The notes beneath the pieces are model-generated. The model saw only the letters and a program-made list of their open reading frames with translations. It was not told the origin of the DNA and made no database searches. A program made the translations under genes and the position numbers. Positions 38,763 through 49,675 of a stretch of 64,000 bases of DNA are shown here, one piece after another (the first letter of the stretch is position 1; every line of letters starts with the position of its first letter). Where the stretch lies: contig CBDHHL010000032.1 in the NCBI GenBank assembly GCA_965263355.1, positions 1,536,001-1,600,000 of the forward strand. Reading direction: 5' to 3'. This DNA comes from Leptolyngbyaceae cyanobacterium (GTDB lineage Bacteria; Cyanobacteriota; Cyanobacteriia; Phormidesmidales; Phormidesmidaceae).

Positions 38763-39469
38763 CTGCCCTCAATTCCTGCTTGATGCTCACACTTAAACCC
38801 CTGCTGTCGCCATTGTTCTAGGTCAACAGTATCGAGGGCTATAATTTGATTGCAAGTCGGTTTATAAACCTGGGCAACGATGGCCCAAATTAAGCTGCGG
38901 CTGACATCCAGAGTGGTTTTCAGCCCTGTTTCCTGATTGCCCGGTATGCCGATTTCATCAACGATTAGAGGTTCTACCCAAATGCCGCGAGCACCAAACA
39001 AAATCCGAGCCAGGGTAACGGCTCGCCGGGTGTGGCTACCAGATGTGACCAGTGTGACATGATGCACACCCCAGCGTTCTAAGATGGGTACAGAATAAAC
39101 AAAGTTGTCAAATGTAGACTGGGCGCAATGTTCTAACCAAACCTGGTCCAAAGTCGCTCCTGCTTGCTCGAATAGTAAACGAATACAAGGATCAACAGAC
39201 CCCGCAGATACTAATATGGGCTGTGGGGTGGAGAAGGTGCTAGCCAATTGGGCCATGTGCATTTCTCGGCGAATGCTACCCCCGAGCACCAGATAGGCAT
39301 CTGTAGGCCCTTTACTAAAGCGCCATAGGTTAATAAATGTAACCAAAGTAGCAATTACTACTGCTAACAATAGTCCCAGGCAGACGTACTTGATCCATCG
39401 AAATGCTGATTTAGCCTGAGGCATTTTGAGTATGGCGTGAACTGAGCTTCCGTAAATGTACTCCTGCAA
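38759..39469 (-). CDS. YdcF (DUF218) family protein
   Basis: N-terminal TM; YLVLGG, AQSTFDN, LVTSGSH.RRA. Confidence 0.82.
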   Translation of the reverse strand: MQEYIYGSSVHAILKMPQAKSAFRWIKYVCLGLLLAVVIATLVTFINLWRFSKGPTDAYLVLGGSIRREMHMAQLASTFSTPQPILVSAGSVDPCIRLLFEQAGATLDQVWLEHCAQSTFDNFVYSVPILERWGVHHVTLVTSGSHTRRAVTLARILFGARGIWVEPLIVDEIGIPGNQETGLKTTLDVSRSLIWAIVAQVYKPTCNQIIALDTVDLEQWRQQGFKCEHQAGIEGS

Positions 39470-39878
39470 TTATCTAGTCTAAAGAATAATCTATGTATGA
39501 ATATATATGGACTCTGGAGCTTGGGAGATCGTAGTATTTATATGCTTGATTATTTATTTAAGCTTTTTTCTAGAGGTTAATGGACGTTTTCCGTTATACC
39601 TGTGTCTAAAGATAAGGTTTGAATAAAGTTCCTGGGGTTTTCCGCAATTAATCTGTTTCATGCGCTAGATTTAAGTCCAGTATTTATGCTGAAAAATCTA
39701 GAAAGGGAAATTTGGTTCTAAGCGGTCTGTTCATCGAGATTTACAGCTATACGCACTAAAAGGTTTCTTTTTTGCGTTTATTTTTTATTTTTTTCAGGTA
39801 GATCTACTTCTTCTTAGTTCTAATTAGACTCCTAAATTGTTTTTCAACGTTCCGTCAACCTCTGCCGCAACCGTTTCA

Positions 39879-41210
39879 ATGAAAACTACTCTAGGGTTAC
39901 TTAGGTCAACTGGCGCGATCGCAACGGCTATTTTAGCTCCTACACTTTTCACTTCATTTTCCGCTGAGGCGGCGTTTACAGACGGACCAAAGGCAATTCT
40001 CGACGAAGCTTGGCAGATTGTTTATCGCGAATATGTTGATGAATCCTTTAATCGCACAGATTGGGTTGAAGTGCGCCAAGACTTACTGGGCCAAACCTAC
40101 ACATCGCGTCAGGCTGCCTATACAGAACTGCGTCGTGCGCTGCGTCGCCTTAATGATCCCTACACACGTTTTCTTAGTCCTGACCAATACGCGAATCTAA
40201 CCGATCAAACATCGGGTGAGGTATCTGGCATTGGTTTAAAATTAAGTCGCGATCGCAATGCTGGAACGATCATTGTTAGTGAGGTGATCCCAGACTCTCC
40301 CGCTGATGCTGCTGGTGTGCTTGTCGGTGATCGAATTTTAGTAGTCAATGGGCGCTCCACTGACCTACTCAGCCCAGAGCGTGCGTCTCAGCTGATGCGT
40401 GGAGATGCCGATACTCAGGTTACCCTTACCCTTGAACGTGATGGTAAATCTGAAACAGTAATTCTATCACGGGCTCGGTTGGAAGTTCAAACAGTCAATG
40501 CCAAGCTCGAAGTTCAGGATGGCATTCAGGTGGGCTATATTCGCCTTGACGAATTTAACGCCCATGCAGCTGAACAAATGGAAGTGGCCATTGCTGATTT
40601 AAGTGAGCAAGGCGCTGAGGCGTTTGTTTTAGACCTGCGCAATAACCCCGGTGGCCTTTTGCAGGCCAGCATTGATATTTCTCGGATGTGGCTACGCCGT
40701 GGCCCGATCGTGCGCACAGTCGACCGCAGTGGTGATAGCGAGCAAATTTCTGCCAATCGTACCCATTTGACTGAACTACCCATGGCTGTTTTAGTCAATG
40801 GAGAATCCGCCAGTTCTAGTGAAATCGTTACTGGAGCCCTCGGGGATAATGACCGCGCCGTTGTAGTCGGTAGTCCTACGTTTGGTAAGGCGCTGGTTCA
40901 ATCGCTTCATGGCCTTTCGGATGGGTCTGGAATTGCAGTTACGGTTGCCCATTACTACACTCCCAACGGTACGGATATTAGTAGTAAAGGCATTACTCCC
41001 GACATTCAGGTAGAGCTTTCTTCTGATCAACGCAGTGTTTTAACCAACAACCCTAATCTGATGGGGACTGCTCAAGATCCCCAATTTATTGAAGCGGTCT
41101 CAGCGTTGGAGACCCAAGTGATTGCCGCCAGACGACGCCAACAGCTATCTACAGTGAGAAACCCTGTAGTACCTACACCGCAGTTAGGCAGATTATTAGA
41201 AAGGCAATAA
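39879..41210 (+). CDS. C-terminal processing protease (S41A, Ctp family)
   Basis: LNDPYTRF, SGIG + PDZ, GYIRL, LDLRNNPGG, SASSSEI, TFGK, YYTPNG; start uncertain (39837-39879). Confidence 0.92.
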   Translation: MKTTLGLLRSTGAIATAILAPTLFTSFSAEAAFTDGPKAILDEAWQIVYREYVDESFNRTDWVEVRQDLLGQTYTSRQAAYTELRRALRRLNDPYTRFLSPDQYANLTDQTSGEVSGIGLKLSRDRNAGTIIVSEVIPDSPADAAGVLVGDRILVVNGRSTDLLSPERASQLMRGDADTQVTLTLERDGKSETVILSRARLEVQTVNAKLEVQDGIQVGYIRLDEFNAHAAEQMEVAIADLSEQGAEAFVLDLRNNPGGLLQASIDISRMWLRRGPIVRTVDRSGDSEQISANRTHLTELPMAVLVNGESASSSEIVTGALGDNDRAVVVGSPTFGKALVQSLHGLSDGSGIAVTVAHYYTPNGTDISSKGITPDIQVELSSDQRSVLTNNPNLMGTAQDPQFIEAVSALETQVIAARRRQQLSTVRNPVVPTPQLGRLLERQ

Positions 41211-41217
41211 TCTAGTA

Positions 41218-42996
41218 TTAGTCATTTAAACGATGGCGGGAAAAGCTGTAAATACGTTGGGTACTTAGCTGTTCTTTAATAATGGTGGGTGATTGCCAGC
41301 TAAAAGTCTGACGATTTAACCCAACCTGTAGGGTGGTAAACGGATCACTGCCGTTGGCAATTAGCAAATCTAGCTCTTGTAGCTCGGGCCATTGGATAAG
41401 TTGTTCTAGCAGGTTTGCGATCGCTTGCCGATAGGCGTTATTAGGCTGCTGATACCAATTACTAGCAATGGGTTTTGCCAGACCCAGGTTCACAATCAAG
41501 GCCTGGGGACTAAACAGCGAGACAGCGATGGAGCGAGCTTCTTCCTGAAGTAAAAACCCCTGATCGTGGGCTAACTGGCGCAGATGATTCACCTTTTCGT
41601 AGCGTTGAGCTGAGGGCAGGGGATCCGCCCAAAGCAGAGCCATAGTGCCAAGATACGATTGCAGTAGCAAATGACCTAGCTTTTGAGCTTTTGTAGACAG
41701 ATAGTCCGAATTGTAAGTATTGGCCTCGATTAATAAGGGCATCCGATCTACCATTTCGAGACCATACCCCTTAAGTCCCGCAATCTTACGGGGATTATTG
41801 GTAATCAACTTGAACTGATTTACCCCCAAATCGTTCAAAATTTGGGCTCCAATACCATAGTTGCGCTGGTCCGCAGGTAGCCCCAGCTTTTCATTAGCTT
41901 CGACAGTGTCAAACCCCAAATCCTGTAGCGAGTAGGCTTTGAGTTTGTTCACTAGACCGATGCCACGCCCTTCCTGACGGAGATAAACCACCACCCCTGA
42001 GCCGACATTTTCAATCATCTTTAAAGCCGTTTGCAACTGCAGACGACAATCACACCGCAGAGACCCCAGGGCATCGCCAGTTAAACATTCTGAGTGGACC
42101 CGCACCGTCACTGGTTTAGTCCCAAAGGTGTCTGGGTTACCTTTAACAATGGCCACATGTTCAGAATTATCTAGCAGGTTGCGATAAGCGTAGATTTGAA
42201 ATTTACCAAACTGAGTGGGTAAGTCAGCTACCGCCTCCCGCTTAACCAGGCGCTCATGACGCAGGCGATAGCTGATCAAATCAGCAATGCTAATTAGCTT
42301 GAGGCCGTGGATTTTAGAATAGTCAATCAGCTCTGGCAAACGGGCCATAGACCCATCAGCATTCTGAATTTCACAGATGACACTAGCAGGATAGAGTCTG
42401 GCCAGTTTTGATAAATCCACGCCTGCTTCCGTATGGCCGGCCCGCTTTAGTACACCTCCTTCCTTAGCCCGTAGGGGAAAAATATGTCCCGGTCGTCGTA
42501 AATCCTGGGGTTTAGCATCGGGATTGATGGCCACCTGAATAGTGCGGGCGCGATCTTCTGCTGAAATGCCTGTGGTCACACCCCAGCTAAGGTTAGCGTC
42601 AATACTAATGGTGAAAGCAGTCTGTTCGTTTTCATCCTCAAATCCATTACCACTGACCATTAAAGGAAGGTCCAATTCATCGAGGCGATCGCCCGTCATG
42701 GCCAAACAAATCAACCCTCGGGCCTCAACAGCCATAAAGTTGATCATATCTGGGGTAGCAAATTGAGCAGCACAAACTACATCCCCTTCATTTTCACGAT
42801 TTTCGTCATCCACAACGACGATTGCTTTGCCTGCAGCCAGGTCTGTTAAAGCCGAATCGACGCTGTCAAACTGAAATTCTGCTAGTTTCTGCTCTATCGT
42901 CTGACTAGTCTCTGCACTGGATGATAAACCTGAACTGGATGATAAAGATGATGGATTAACGTTGGCAACCACGGAACCCTGCCTACTGACTGTCAA
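41218..42996 (-). CDS. ribBA: Bifunctional DHBP synthase / GTP cyclohydrolase II with cyanobacterial C-terminal extension
   Basis: DDENRENEGD, RPGHIFPL, GHTEA, RVHSECLTGD, RCDC, QEGRGIGL, TNNPRK. Confidence 0.95.
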   Translation of the reverse strand: MTVSRQGSVVANVNPSSLSSSSGLSSSAETSQTIEQKLAEFQFDSVDSALTDLAAGKAIVVVDDENRENEGDVVCAAQFATPDMINFMAVEARGLICLAMTGDRLDELDLPLMVSGNGFEDENEQTAFTISIDANLSWGVTTGISAEDRARTIQVAINPDAKPQDLRRPGHIFPLRAKEGGVLKRAGHTEAGVDLSKLARLYPASVICEIQNADGSMARLPELIDYSKIHGLKLISIADLISYRLRHERLVKREAVADLPTQFGKFQIYAYRNLLDNSEHVAIVKGNPDTFGTKPVTVRVHSECLTGDALGSLRCDCRLQLQTALKMIENVGSGVVVYLRQEGRGIGLVNKLKAYSLQDLGFDTVEANEKLGLPADQRNYGIGAQILNDLGVNQFKLITNNPRKIAGLKGYGLEMVDRMPLLIEANTYNSDYLSTKAQKLGHLLLQSYLGTMALLWADPLPSAQRYEKVNHLRQLAHDQGFLLQEEARSIAVSLFSPQALIVNLGLAKPIASNWYQQPNNAYRQAIANLLEQLIQWPELQELDLLIANGSDPFTTLQVGLNRQTFSWQSPTIIKEQLSTQRIYSFSRHRLND

Positions 42997-43049
42997 TTGA
43001 CTGCCAATAGATTGTAATGTGTTATTCCTTAGATTGTGGTATCTCCTCT

Positions 43050-43400
43050 TCAGGGAGAGGATTGCTGTGAGCTTTGTAGAGGATCAATCAGGACAATGGG
43101 ATGACGTGTCGGATCTTCTTGACCGCTTTGTTCACGCATAATTCGCCCAGATTGCTCTGGATCAAAATTGTGACTAAAGTCCTGCCACACACCATCGTGC
43201 TCCTTTTCTAAAGAGAGAATAGAGTGGTTTAGCTGGTTTAGGTCTGCTTTCTGTTGGCGATAATAGGGAAACAATTTAGCGATGGTGGAGGTGGCTACAA
43301 CCGCCAGTAAAACATTGACGGTGAGCTTTACCGTAGACTCCAAAACCAATGATTGGCGAGCTTTACCCCGAATGACCATAGGTGTCCTTCGTCGAGTCAT
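43050..43400 (-). CDS. Small TM + coiled-coil hypothetical protein
   Basis: Basic N-terminus, KLTVNVLL TM, heptad segment, FDP...MREQ. Confidence 0.65.
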   Translation of the reverse strand: MTRRRTPMVIRGKARQSLVLESTVKLTVNVLLAVVATSTIAKLFPYYRQQKADLNQLNHSILSLEKEHDGVWQDFSHNFDPEQSGRIMREQSGQEDPTRHPIVLIDPLQSSQQSSP

Positions 43401-43537
43401 TAACGTCTATCCCTAACATGTTGTCAAGCTGCTGCTTAGCTTGCCATATTATGGGCCTTAATGCTGTATTCGAACCACAAATTTGCTCTTTTGCCAAAAA
43501 ATAACGCAGCTTTGCTGAACACTGGGCACTGAGCCAT

Positions 43538-43564
43538 AAAAAAGCCTTGAGCATTGCTCAAGGC
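43538..43564 (-). terminator. Probable intrinsic terminator downstream of psaM
   Basis: GCCTTGAGCA-T-TGCTCAAGGC with a T-run on the minus strand. Confidence 0.6.
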
Positions 43565-43731
43565 CGCTATAAATATTGCTCGAAAATATTGCTCGAAATT
43601 GCTCAAAAGTAACTATTTTGCTAAAGACGCTAGAGCAGAGCCTAAAACATGAGGGCTGTTGCTTAATAAAGCCTGCTAAATCAGGTGTCGCTTCAGATGT
43701 GAGTTAGATAGTGGGGTCTAACTGACTCTGC

Positions 43732-43827
43732 CTACTTATAAAGCTCAGTACCAAGACGAAGAGCCAAAACACCAGGAATTAAAGCAATAAGAAGAGCGAG
43801 GATGATTTGAGTGTCAGATAAAGCCAT
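43732..43827 (-). CDS. psaM: Photosystem I reaction centre subunit XII (not in ORF track)
   Basis: Manual translation: [31 protein letters not shown]. Confidence 0.96.
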   Translation of the reverse strand: MALSDTQIILALLIALIPGVLALRLGTELYK

Positions 43828-43919
43828 GGAGCACTAAGTTCCTTACTAAATAATGACTACTATGTTCTTAGAGAATTGTTGACTAAAACTGCCACAATCA
43901 GACGCTTTGCAAACAATCT

Positions 43920-43937
43920 GTTACAGACTTTAACAAC
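43920..43937. promoter_or_regulatory. Candidate HLR1 (RpaB) site upstream of psaM
   Basis: GTTACAGA-CT-TTAACAAC resembles the (G/T)TTACA(T/A)(T/A) direct repeat with 2-nt spacer. Confidence 0.45.
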
Positions 43938-44337
43938 AGGGCTATGGGGCGTCTTGATTACATGCTTGTTGGAGGGGCATCTAAAGCGATAGTTCCCTTG
44001 ATATATAAACCTTCACAAGGGTTTCATTATTGAGATCTTTTTAAGACTAAGAAGAGCTAGAAATGTTGCTATTCTGTCGGTGTATTCCCAAAAACCATGA
44101 TAGCTTGAGCAAATTGGTGGGATTCCTACTAGTGGTATTCAGCTAGTGGTATTCAGAGATTGCCATGGATAGGGCTCAAATTATTTATCTGAGGAAAGTT
44201 ATAAACCTGAATTAGAATGTAACTTTAATAACACTCATAATTGTAGTGAATGCGTTATCACTACCTAAACGAAACTTTGCTCTAAAATTAGCGGTTTAAA
44301 AGCTGCCTGGTGGGTATTTTATATTCCTGGTTAAACA

Positions 44338-45057
44338 ATGAACTCAGCTTCCTCTGGTATCGATAGCCGCAGCACCACTGTATCAAGCAGTTTAAGGCAG
44401 TCTCCGGGTGTACCCTCAACATTTCGCTCGGCCTTAGAGCTAAAGCTAACACGATTACAAAGGGATGTGCTGCGGATGGGAGCATTGGTAGAGAGTTCCT
44501 GTCTGTTGGCCAGGGAAGCATTGTGCGATCGCAATATTGATGCCGCCAAAAACCTAAAGAAACACGATAAACAAGTTGATCAGCTCTACCGACAAATTGA
44601 AGTAGATTGCATCAATTTAATTACGTTAGAAGCCCCCGTTACTCAGGACCTACGTTTAGTCAGTGCTTTAATGCAAATGATTCGCGATCTAGAGCGGATC
44701 GGTGACTATGCCAAAGATATTGGTGAGGTATCGTTAAGGCTATTTCCATATCCTGCCCATGGGGCGATGGATCAGATTCAGGTCATGCTTGACCGCTGTC
44801 GATCTATGGTGGCCTTGAGTTTACTTTCCCTATCAGAACTGGATGTGGAAGCTGGTCGAGAAATCAAAGAAAAAGATGACGTTGTCGATGACGATTACGA
44901 ACGTCTCTATGAGCTTTTGGTCCAGGGTCCTGTTTCTAGAAGTGTTGAACCTACGGTTTTGTTAGTACTGGTTATTCGTTATTTAGAACGTATTGCGGAT
45001 CATGCCACAAATATTGGTCGACGTGTAGTCTTTGTGGTCACCGGAGAGCGGCATTAA
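44338..45057 (+). CDS. phoU: Phosphate signalling regulator PhoU
   Basis: LRMGALVE, PVTQDLR, DLERIGDYA, DDVVD, YLERIADHATNI. Confidence 0.95.
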   Translation: MNSASSGIDSRSTTVSSSLRQSPGVPSTFRSALELKLTRLQRDVLRMGALVESSCLLAREALCDRNIDAAKNLKKHDKQVDQLYRQIEVDCINLITLEAPVTQDLRLVSALMQMIRDLERIGDYAKDIGEVSLRLFPYPAHGAMDQIQVMLDRCRSMVALSLLSLSELDVEAGREIKEKDDVVDDDYERLYELLVQGPVSRSVEPTVLLVLVIRYLERIADHATNIGRRVVFVVTGERH

Positions 45058-45375
45058 GATAAATTATTTGAAACATATTTGACATAACGACCACTTTAAG
45101 GAACACTTATACCGTTCATATGCTAATTTTCTTGAGCATGCTCATATAAGGGCAGTTTGAAAGGCATGCCATACTGTGCAGCGGTAGTTTAGAGTAATTT
45201 TTCAGGGATGCGTCTTGGGGGATTGCCCTCGTACCTTGTAAATTTACTGGTTGCTAAGTGGTATGGCAGTCGTGCTTGCAGTCCGCAGAGCAGCGTTTGT
45301 CATTGCATTCTATTCCCAGTCTCTGACCAAGAAACCAGTGGCATGTTTCACTAACCACATAGGATTCATCGCTAC

Positions 45376-47814
45376 ATGAATTTTTCAATCGCTTCCCTGC
45401 TATCTAATTTTTCAAACGACAAGCTCGTTACGACCAAAGCCCTAGAAAAAAAACTCAATTGCTCCGATGATAATCAGATCAGTGATCTAAATATTGCTCT
45501 GGATGCCCTAGAGCGTATTGGTGTGCTGGAGAAGGATCGGGGTCGATATCGGCGTATTTATGAAGAAGGCGTCATTGAAGGTAAGCTACGATGCTCCAGT
45601 AAAGGGTTTTGTTTTGCCATTCAAGATGAAGAAGACGCTGACGATATCTATGTCAGAGAGGCCCATCTTAACCATGCTTGGAATGGCGACCGAGTATTGG
45701 TGAAGGTGACCAAAGAGGGGAACCGACGTCGTAGCCCGGAAGGTGAAGTACAGCTTATCTTAGAGCGGGCAAACTCCTCCGTTTTAGCACGCATTAGGGA
45801 AGCTGAAGCAGGGGATCGCTTACAGGCGGTCCCCCTTGATGATCGATTGTTATTTCAGCTGGATTTACAAAATCAAGAGGAAGATGAACTAAGTCAGGCC
45901 GACTTGCAGGCAGCTATTGATCATCTGGTTCATGTGGAAATTCTGCGCTATCCCATTGGACAACATTTGCCTCAGGGGAAAGTGGCCCAAATTTTGGGCA
46001 GTGATGCAGAGGCAGCGGCTGACATTGACATTGTTTACTGCAAGCATGACTTACCCCGAGCGTTTCCTGAAGAAGTGATGATGGCCGCTAAAGCATTACC
46101 TAATCGTGTGCGCAAGGCTGATATCAAAAAGCGAATTGATTTGAGAGACCAATCCACCATTAGTATTGACGCTGATGGTGCTCAAGTGATTGACGATGCC
46201 CTTACCTTAGAGCAGCTGGATGATGGCAATTGGCTACTGGGAATTCATGTGGCAGATGTTTCATACTACGTACCTGCCAATAATCCTATTGACCAAGAAG
46301 CTTGTCGTCGAGGAACATCAGTTTATTTAGCGGATTCACCAGTACCTCTGCTGCCGCCACCGCTGTCCACTTCATTGTGTGCCCTGCTGGCAGATAAGGA
46401 GCGGTTGACAATTTCCGTGATGGTGATTCTCTCTTCAGACGGGGAGGTGTTAGCCTATGAAGTCCAGCCATCGGTAATCTACAATGATCACCAGCTGAAT
46501 TATCATGAGGCCCAGGCTATTTTGGAGCGGGACGACAGTGATGCTCTAGATGCGCTGTCGTTTAATCAAAGTGATCTAACGCAATACGAAGATAGCTTTG
46601 AGCTTGTTGATCAGCTGTTTGAAGTGAGTAAACTTCTACAACAACAGCGTAATCAGCGTGGTTCGTTCGATCTTAATCTTCCAGATCATGTTTTTCCAGA
46701 AGAAGCAGGGGAAGAGTTATCCCATTATCTCTCTCCTAAGTTTCAACATGATGACGAGGGTGGTCTTGGTGTGATGGTGGTTTCAGACTTGCTTCCAGCC
46801 CGACGGATTGTAACTGAATGCATGTTGTTAGCCAATCAGCTAGTGGCTAAACATCTCAAAGAGCTAGGTGTACCAGCTATCTATCGTCTCCATGGCACTC
46901 CCGATCCGGGGGATGTGCAAGAACTGATCAAGTTAGCCAATAATATGGGGCTAAATTTACATCTGGAAAATGAAGAATCTGTTGCCCCTAAGGACTATCT
47001 TGGATTTGTTCAACAGTTTAGCCAGTCCAAAGCTGAAAAAGTACTGACCTATCTGTTGTTGTCTACGTTAAAACCAGCTTCCTATGGTAGTCATCCCGAT
47101 GGTCATTTTGGTCTAGCGTTAGAAGATGGGTATACCCACTTTGCTTCTCCCGTAAGACGTTATCCTGATTTGCTGGTACATCGATTACTCCATGCGGTGT
47201 TTGATGAGGGGCGAGATCGCAAAACTACTCGCTCCAAAGATAGGGTTGACTTGCGTAGCAGCAGTAGCCATGGCAATGTTAACTGGAGTGTCCTACCCCC
47301 AGATATACACAGCGAATTTGAAGAACAGTTTAGTCACATAACCACCCATCTGACAGAGCGGGAGCGTTTAGCCCAAGAAGCTGAGTCTGATTTAGAAGGC
47401 TTGAAAAAAGCCGCATTTATGCAGGCCCATACGGGGGAAGTGTTCCATGGACTGATTACAGGCGTACAGTCCTATGGTTTCTTTGTGGAACTGGAAGAAT
47501 TGCTGGTTGAAGGGTTGGTACACGTTAGTTCCCTTAAGGATGACTGGTATGAGTATCGTTCTCGACAGCAAAAATTGATGGGACGTAAGAATCGGCAACA
47601 ATATCGTCTCGGTGACCGAGTAGAAGTCCAGGTGAAGAGCGTGGACTATTACCGTCAACAGATTGACCTAGTGGCGGTCGGTGGCGGTAGTGAAGCCATC
47701 GATGACGATGACGATGACGATGACGATATGACTAACGGCGATATGACTAACGACGATATGACTGATAACGACGATATGACTGATGACGATGTCTACGACG
47801 ATGGCGAAGAGTAG
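45376..47814 (+). CDS. rnr: Ribonuclease R (RNB family) with acidic tail
   Basis: Cold-shock domain KGFCFA, IDDAL, GIHVADVS, RGTSVY, HFGLA..YTHFASPVRRYPDL, S1 domain. Confidence 0.9.
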   Translation: MNFSIASLLSNFSNDKLVTTKALEKKLNCSDDNQISDLNIALDALERIGVLEKDRGRYRRIYEEGVIEGKLRCSSKGFCFAIQDEEDADDIYVREAHLNHAWNGDRVLVKVTKEGNRRRSPEGEVQLILERANSSVLARIREAEAGDRLQAVPLDDRLLFQLDLQNQEEDELSQADLQAAIDHLVHVEILRYPIGQHLPQGKVAQILGSDAEAAADIDIVYCKHDLPRAFPEEVMMAAKALPNRVRKADIKKRIDLRDQSTISIDADGAQVIDDALTLEQLDDGNWLLGIHVADVSYYVPANNPIDQEACRRGTSVYLADSPVPLLPPPLSTSLCALLADKERLTISVMVILSSDGEVLAYEVQPSVIYNDHQLNYHEAQAILERDDSDALDALSFNQSDLTQYEDSFELVDQLFEVSKLLQQQRNQRGSFDLNLPDHVFPEEAGEELSHYLSPKFQHDDEGGLGVMVVSDLLPARRIVTECMLLANQLVAKHLKELGVPAIYRLHGTPDPGDVQELIKLANNMGLNLHLENEESVAPKDYLGFVQQFSQSKAEKVLTYLLLSTLKPASYGSHPDGHFGLALEDGYTHFASPVRRYPDLLVHRLLHAVFDEGRDRKTTRSKDRVDLRSSSSHGNVNWSVLPPDIHSEFEEQFSHITTHLTERERLAQEAESDLEGLKKAAFMQAHTGEVFHGLITGVQSYGFFVELEELLVEGLVHVSSLKDDWYEYRSRQQKLMGRKNRQQYRLGDRVEVQVKSVDYYRQQIDLVAVGGGSEAIDDDDDDDDDMTNGDMTNDDMTDNDDMTDDDVYDDGEE

Positions 47815-47817
47815 ACT

Positions 47818-48459
47818 ATGTCAAACGATGCACAAGCAGCATCCCGTCCTCTGGTTTTAGGCATTACTGGAGCGTCTGGTTTAATCTACGCCGTACGAGC
47901 CCTTAAACATCTGCTAACAGCAGGCTATGAGGTTGACCTAGTCGCGTCTAAGGCGGTGTATATGGTTTGGCAAGCTGAGCAACAGGTACGATTGCCTGGA
48001 GATCTAGGCCAGCAAACCTTGTTTTGGCGAGAGCAGGCTGGGGTGCCAGCAGCTGGTGACCTACGTTGTCATGCCTGGAGCAATGTGGGGGCCACTATTG
48101 CCAGTGGTTCGTTTAAGACTCTGGGTATGGTGGTGATGCCCTGTAGTATGAGTACGGTGGGGAAATTGGCAGCTGGCTTAAGTTCGGACCTGTTAGAGCG
48201 GGCTGCCGATGTGCAGCTTAAGGAGGGGAAGCCGTTAGTTTTAGTGCCCCGTGAAACGCCTTTGAGCTTAATTCACCTGCGTAATTTAACGACTCTGGCC
48301 GAAGCAGGCGCTAAAATTGTGCCAGCAATTCCAGCCTGGTACCATCAGCCCCAAACTATTGATGATCTAGTGGATTTTGTAGTTGCCAGGGCGCTAGACC
48401 AGTTGGATATTAACTGTGTACCGCTAAATCGTTGGCAGGGACATGGTCAAAAGCGGTAG
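47818..48459 (+). CDS. ubiX: Flavin prenyltransferase
   Basis: LGITGASG, IASGSF, PCSMST, RAADV.LKE, PRETPL. Confidence 0.94.
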   Translation: MSNDAQAASRPLVLGITGASGLIYAVRALKHLLTAGYEVDLVASKAVYMVWQAEQQVRLPGDLGQQTLFWREQAGVPAAGDLRCHAWSNVGATIASGSFKTLGMVVMPCSMSTVGKLAAGLSSDLLERAADVQLKEGKPLVLVPRETPLSLIHLRNLTTLAEAGAKIVPAIPAWYHQPQTIDDLVDFVVARALDQLDINCVPLNRWQGHGQKR

Positions 48460-48505
48460 GGTGGATCATGGCCCACCGAATTTTGGGCAACAGGAGAAGA
48501 TTGGA

Positions 48506-49294
48506 ATGGTTCAGCTGATTGCATTGCTATTGCTCGTGGCCGCTCTGGTCATTCTGGTGCTGCAAAATCTGACTCCTGTGGTGGGGCTGGTGGTGTTGGG
48601 TGTATCGGTGGGGGCGTTGCCGGTGTCGGTGTGGCTGCTGGGTGCGATCGCAACCGGTGTCCTGTGTACCCTAATCATCTATCAGCTAGTGCCTCAAAAA
48701 CGAGCCTATCGCCCCATTGGTAAGCGGTTGAGTGATCCGGCCCCTGAACCCACGCGATTTGTTAATCCGCCAGTGGATACCCCCATGGGTATGCCAGATG
48801 CTCGTTCTAGTAATGCCCCATCCGGTCGCTTTCAGCAGTCAGACCGTCAAAATCCCTACGACAGTGACTGGGAAAATTTTAGAGCGCCAGAACAGTGGGA
48901 TGACTGGGGGCAAAAGCAGCCTTCGGAGTATGTGGCTAGTAATCGACCGAGGCCATCTGTAGGTGATGCGGTTGATGATACGTTTAAGGATATTGAATCG
49001 GGCTGGGGTGATGACGACTATGAAACGTCGGCACGATACGCATCACGACAGGAGACTAGTCCAGATATTGGCTGGGATGATAGCAGTGCCTACGATTCGA
49101 GTAGAGTGGAGCGGCTCAACTATGAGCCCCGCACCTATGAAGAAGGCTGGCTCTACGGTAATGACGCGCCTGAAGAACCGTTAGGGATAGCTGAACCTGG
49201 TGAGCCGAGGCCAGATGATCCAGATGAGAGCGTATACGATGCAAACTATCGGGTAATCATTCCGCCCTACGATGTTCAAGATAAAGATAGTTGA
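48506..49294 (+). CDS. Hypothetical protein: LapA-like TM hairpin plus acidic disordered tail
   Basis: LVLQNL.PV..LV.LG..LPVSVW; D/W-rich tail ending VYDANYRVIIPPY. Confidence 0.72.
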   Translation: MVQLIALLLLVAALVILVLQNLTPVVGLVVLGVSVGALPVSVWLLGAIATGVLCTLIIYQLVPQKRAYRPIGKRLSDPAPEPTRFVNPPVDTPMGMPDARSSNAPSGRFQQSDRQNPYDSDWENFRAPEQWDDWGQKQPSEYVASNRPRPSVGDAVDDTFKDIESGWGDDDYETSARYASRQETSPDIGWDDSSAYDSSRVERLNYEPRTYEEGWLYGNDAPEEPLGIAEPGEPRPDDPDESVYDANYRVIIPPYDVQDKDS

Positions 49295-49500
49295 ACACTA
49301 GGAGCATTGCACTATGGTTCAAGCGCCATCATACTTACCGGCCTAGCCAATGAACGCATGTCTGCCATCTGCCGATCTCATCAACACAGGCTTGAAAGCT
49401 TCTTTCAATGGCAAGCGCATGCACAGTTAGTACCACAACGGTGCATGCGATAATGATGAATCGCGTCTCGATTTGGTTCACTTGTATTTTCCCCAATGTC

Positions 49501-49530
49501 TTAAACAAAGGAGCAGCCTCCTTTGTTTAA
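49501..49530. repeat. Short inverted repeat
   Basis: TTAAACAAAGGAG-CAGC-CTCCTTTGTTTAA. Confidence 0.6.
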
Positions 49531-49675
49531 TAATTCATGTTGTCTGGCCCACTGATCCGGATCTCTAGCTTTTTGGAAACTCTTAGCCGCTCAGATCTGG
49601 CCATAACGGCTAATCAGAAAACCAGATTTAATCTGAAGGCATCATGTCCCCTACAACTAGAAAGACGTTAACGTT

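Noticed and set aside
44129..44156. Short tandem duplications (CTAGTGGTATTCAG x2; also ATCAATACCAGCGCA x2 near 53392 and AAATATTGCTCG x2 near 43571)
   Set aside because: Isolated slippage-type duplications with no further evidence of function
44200..44337. Pho box upstream of phoU
   Set aside because: No 11-bp-spaced PyTTAAPyPy repeats found
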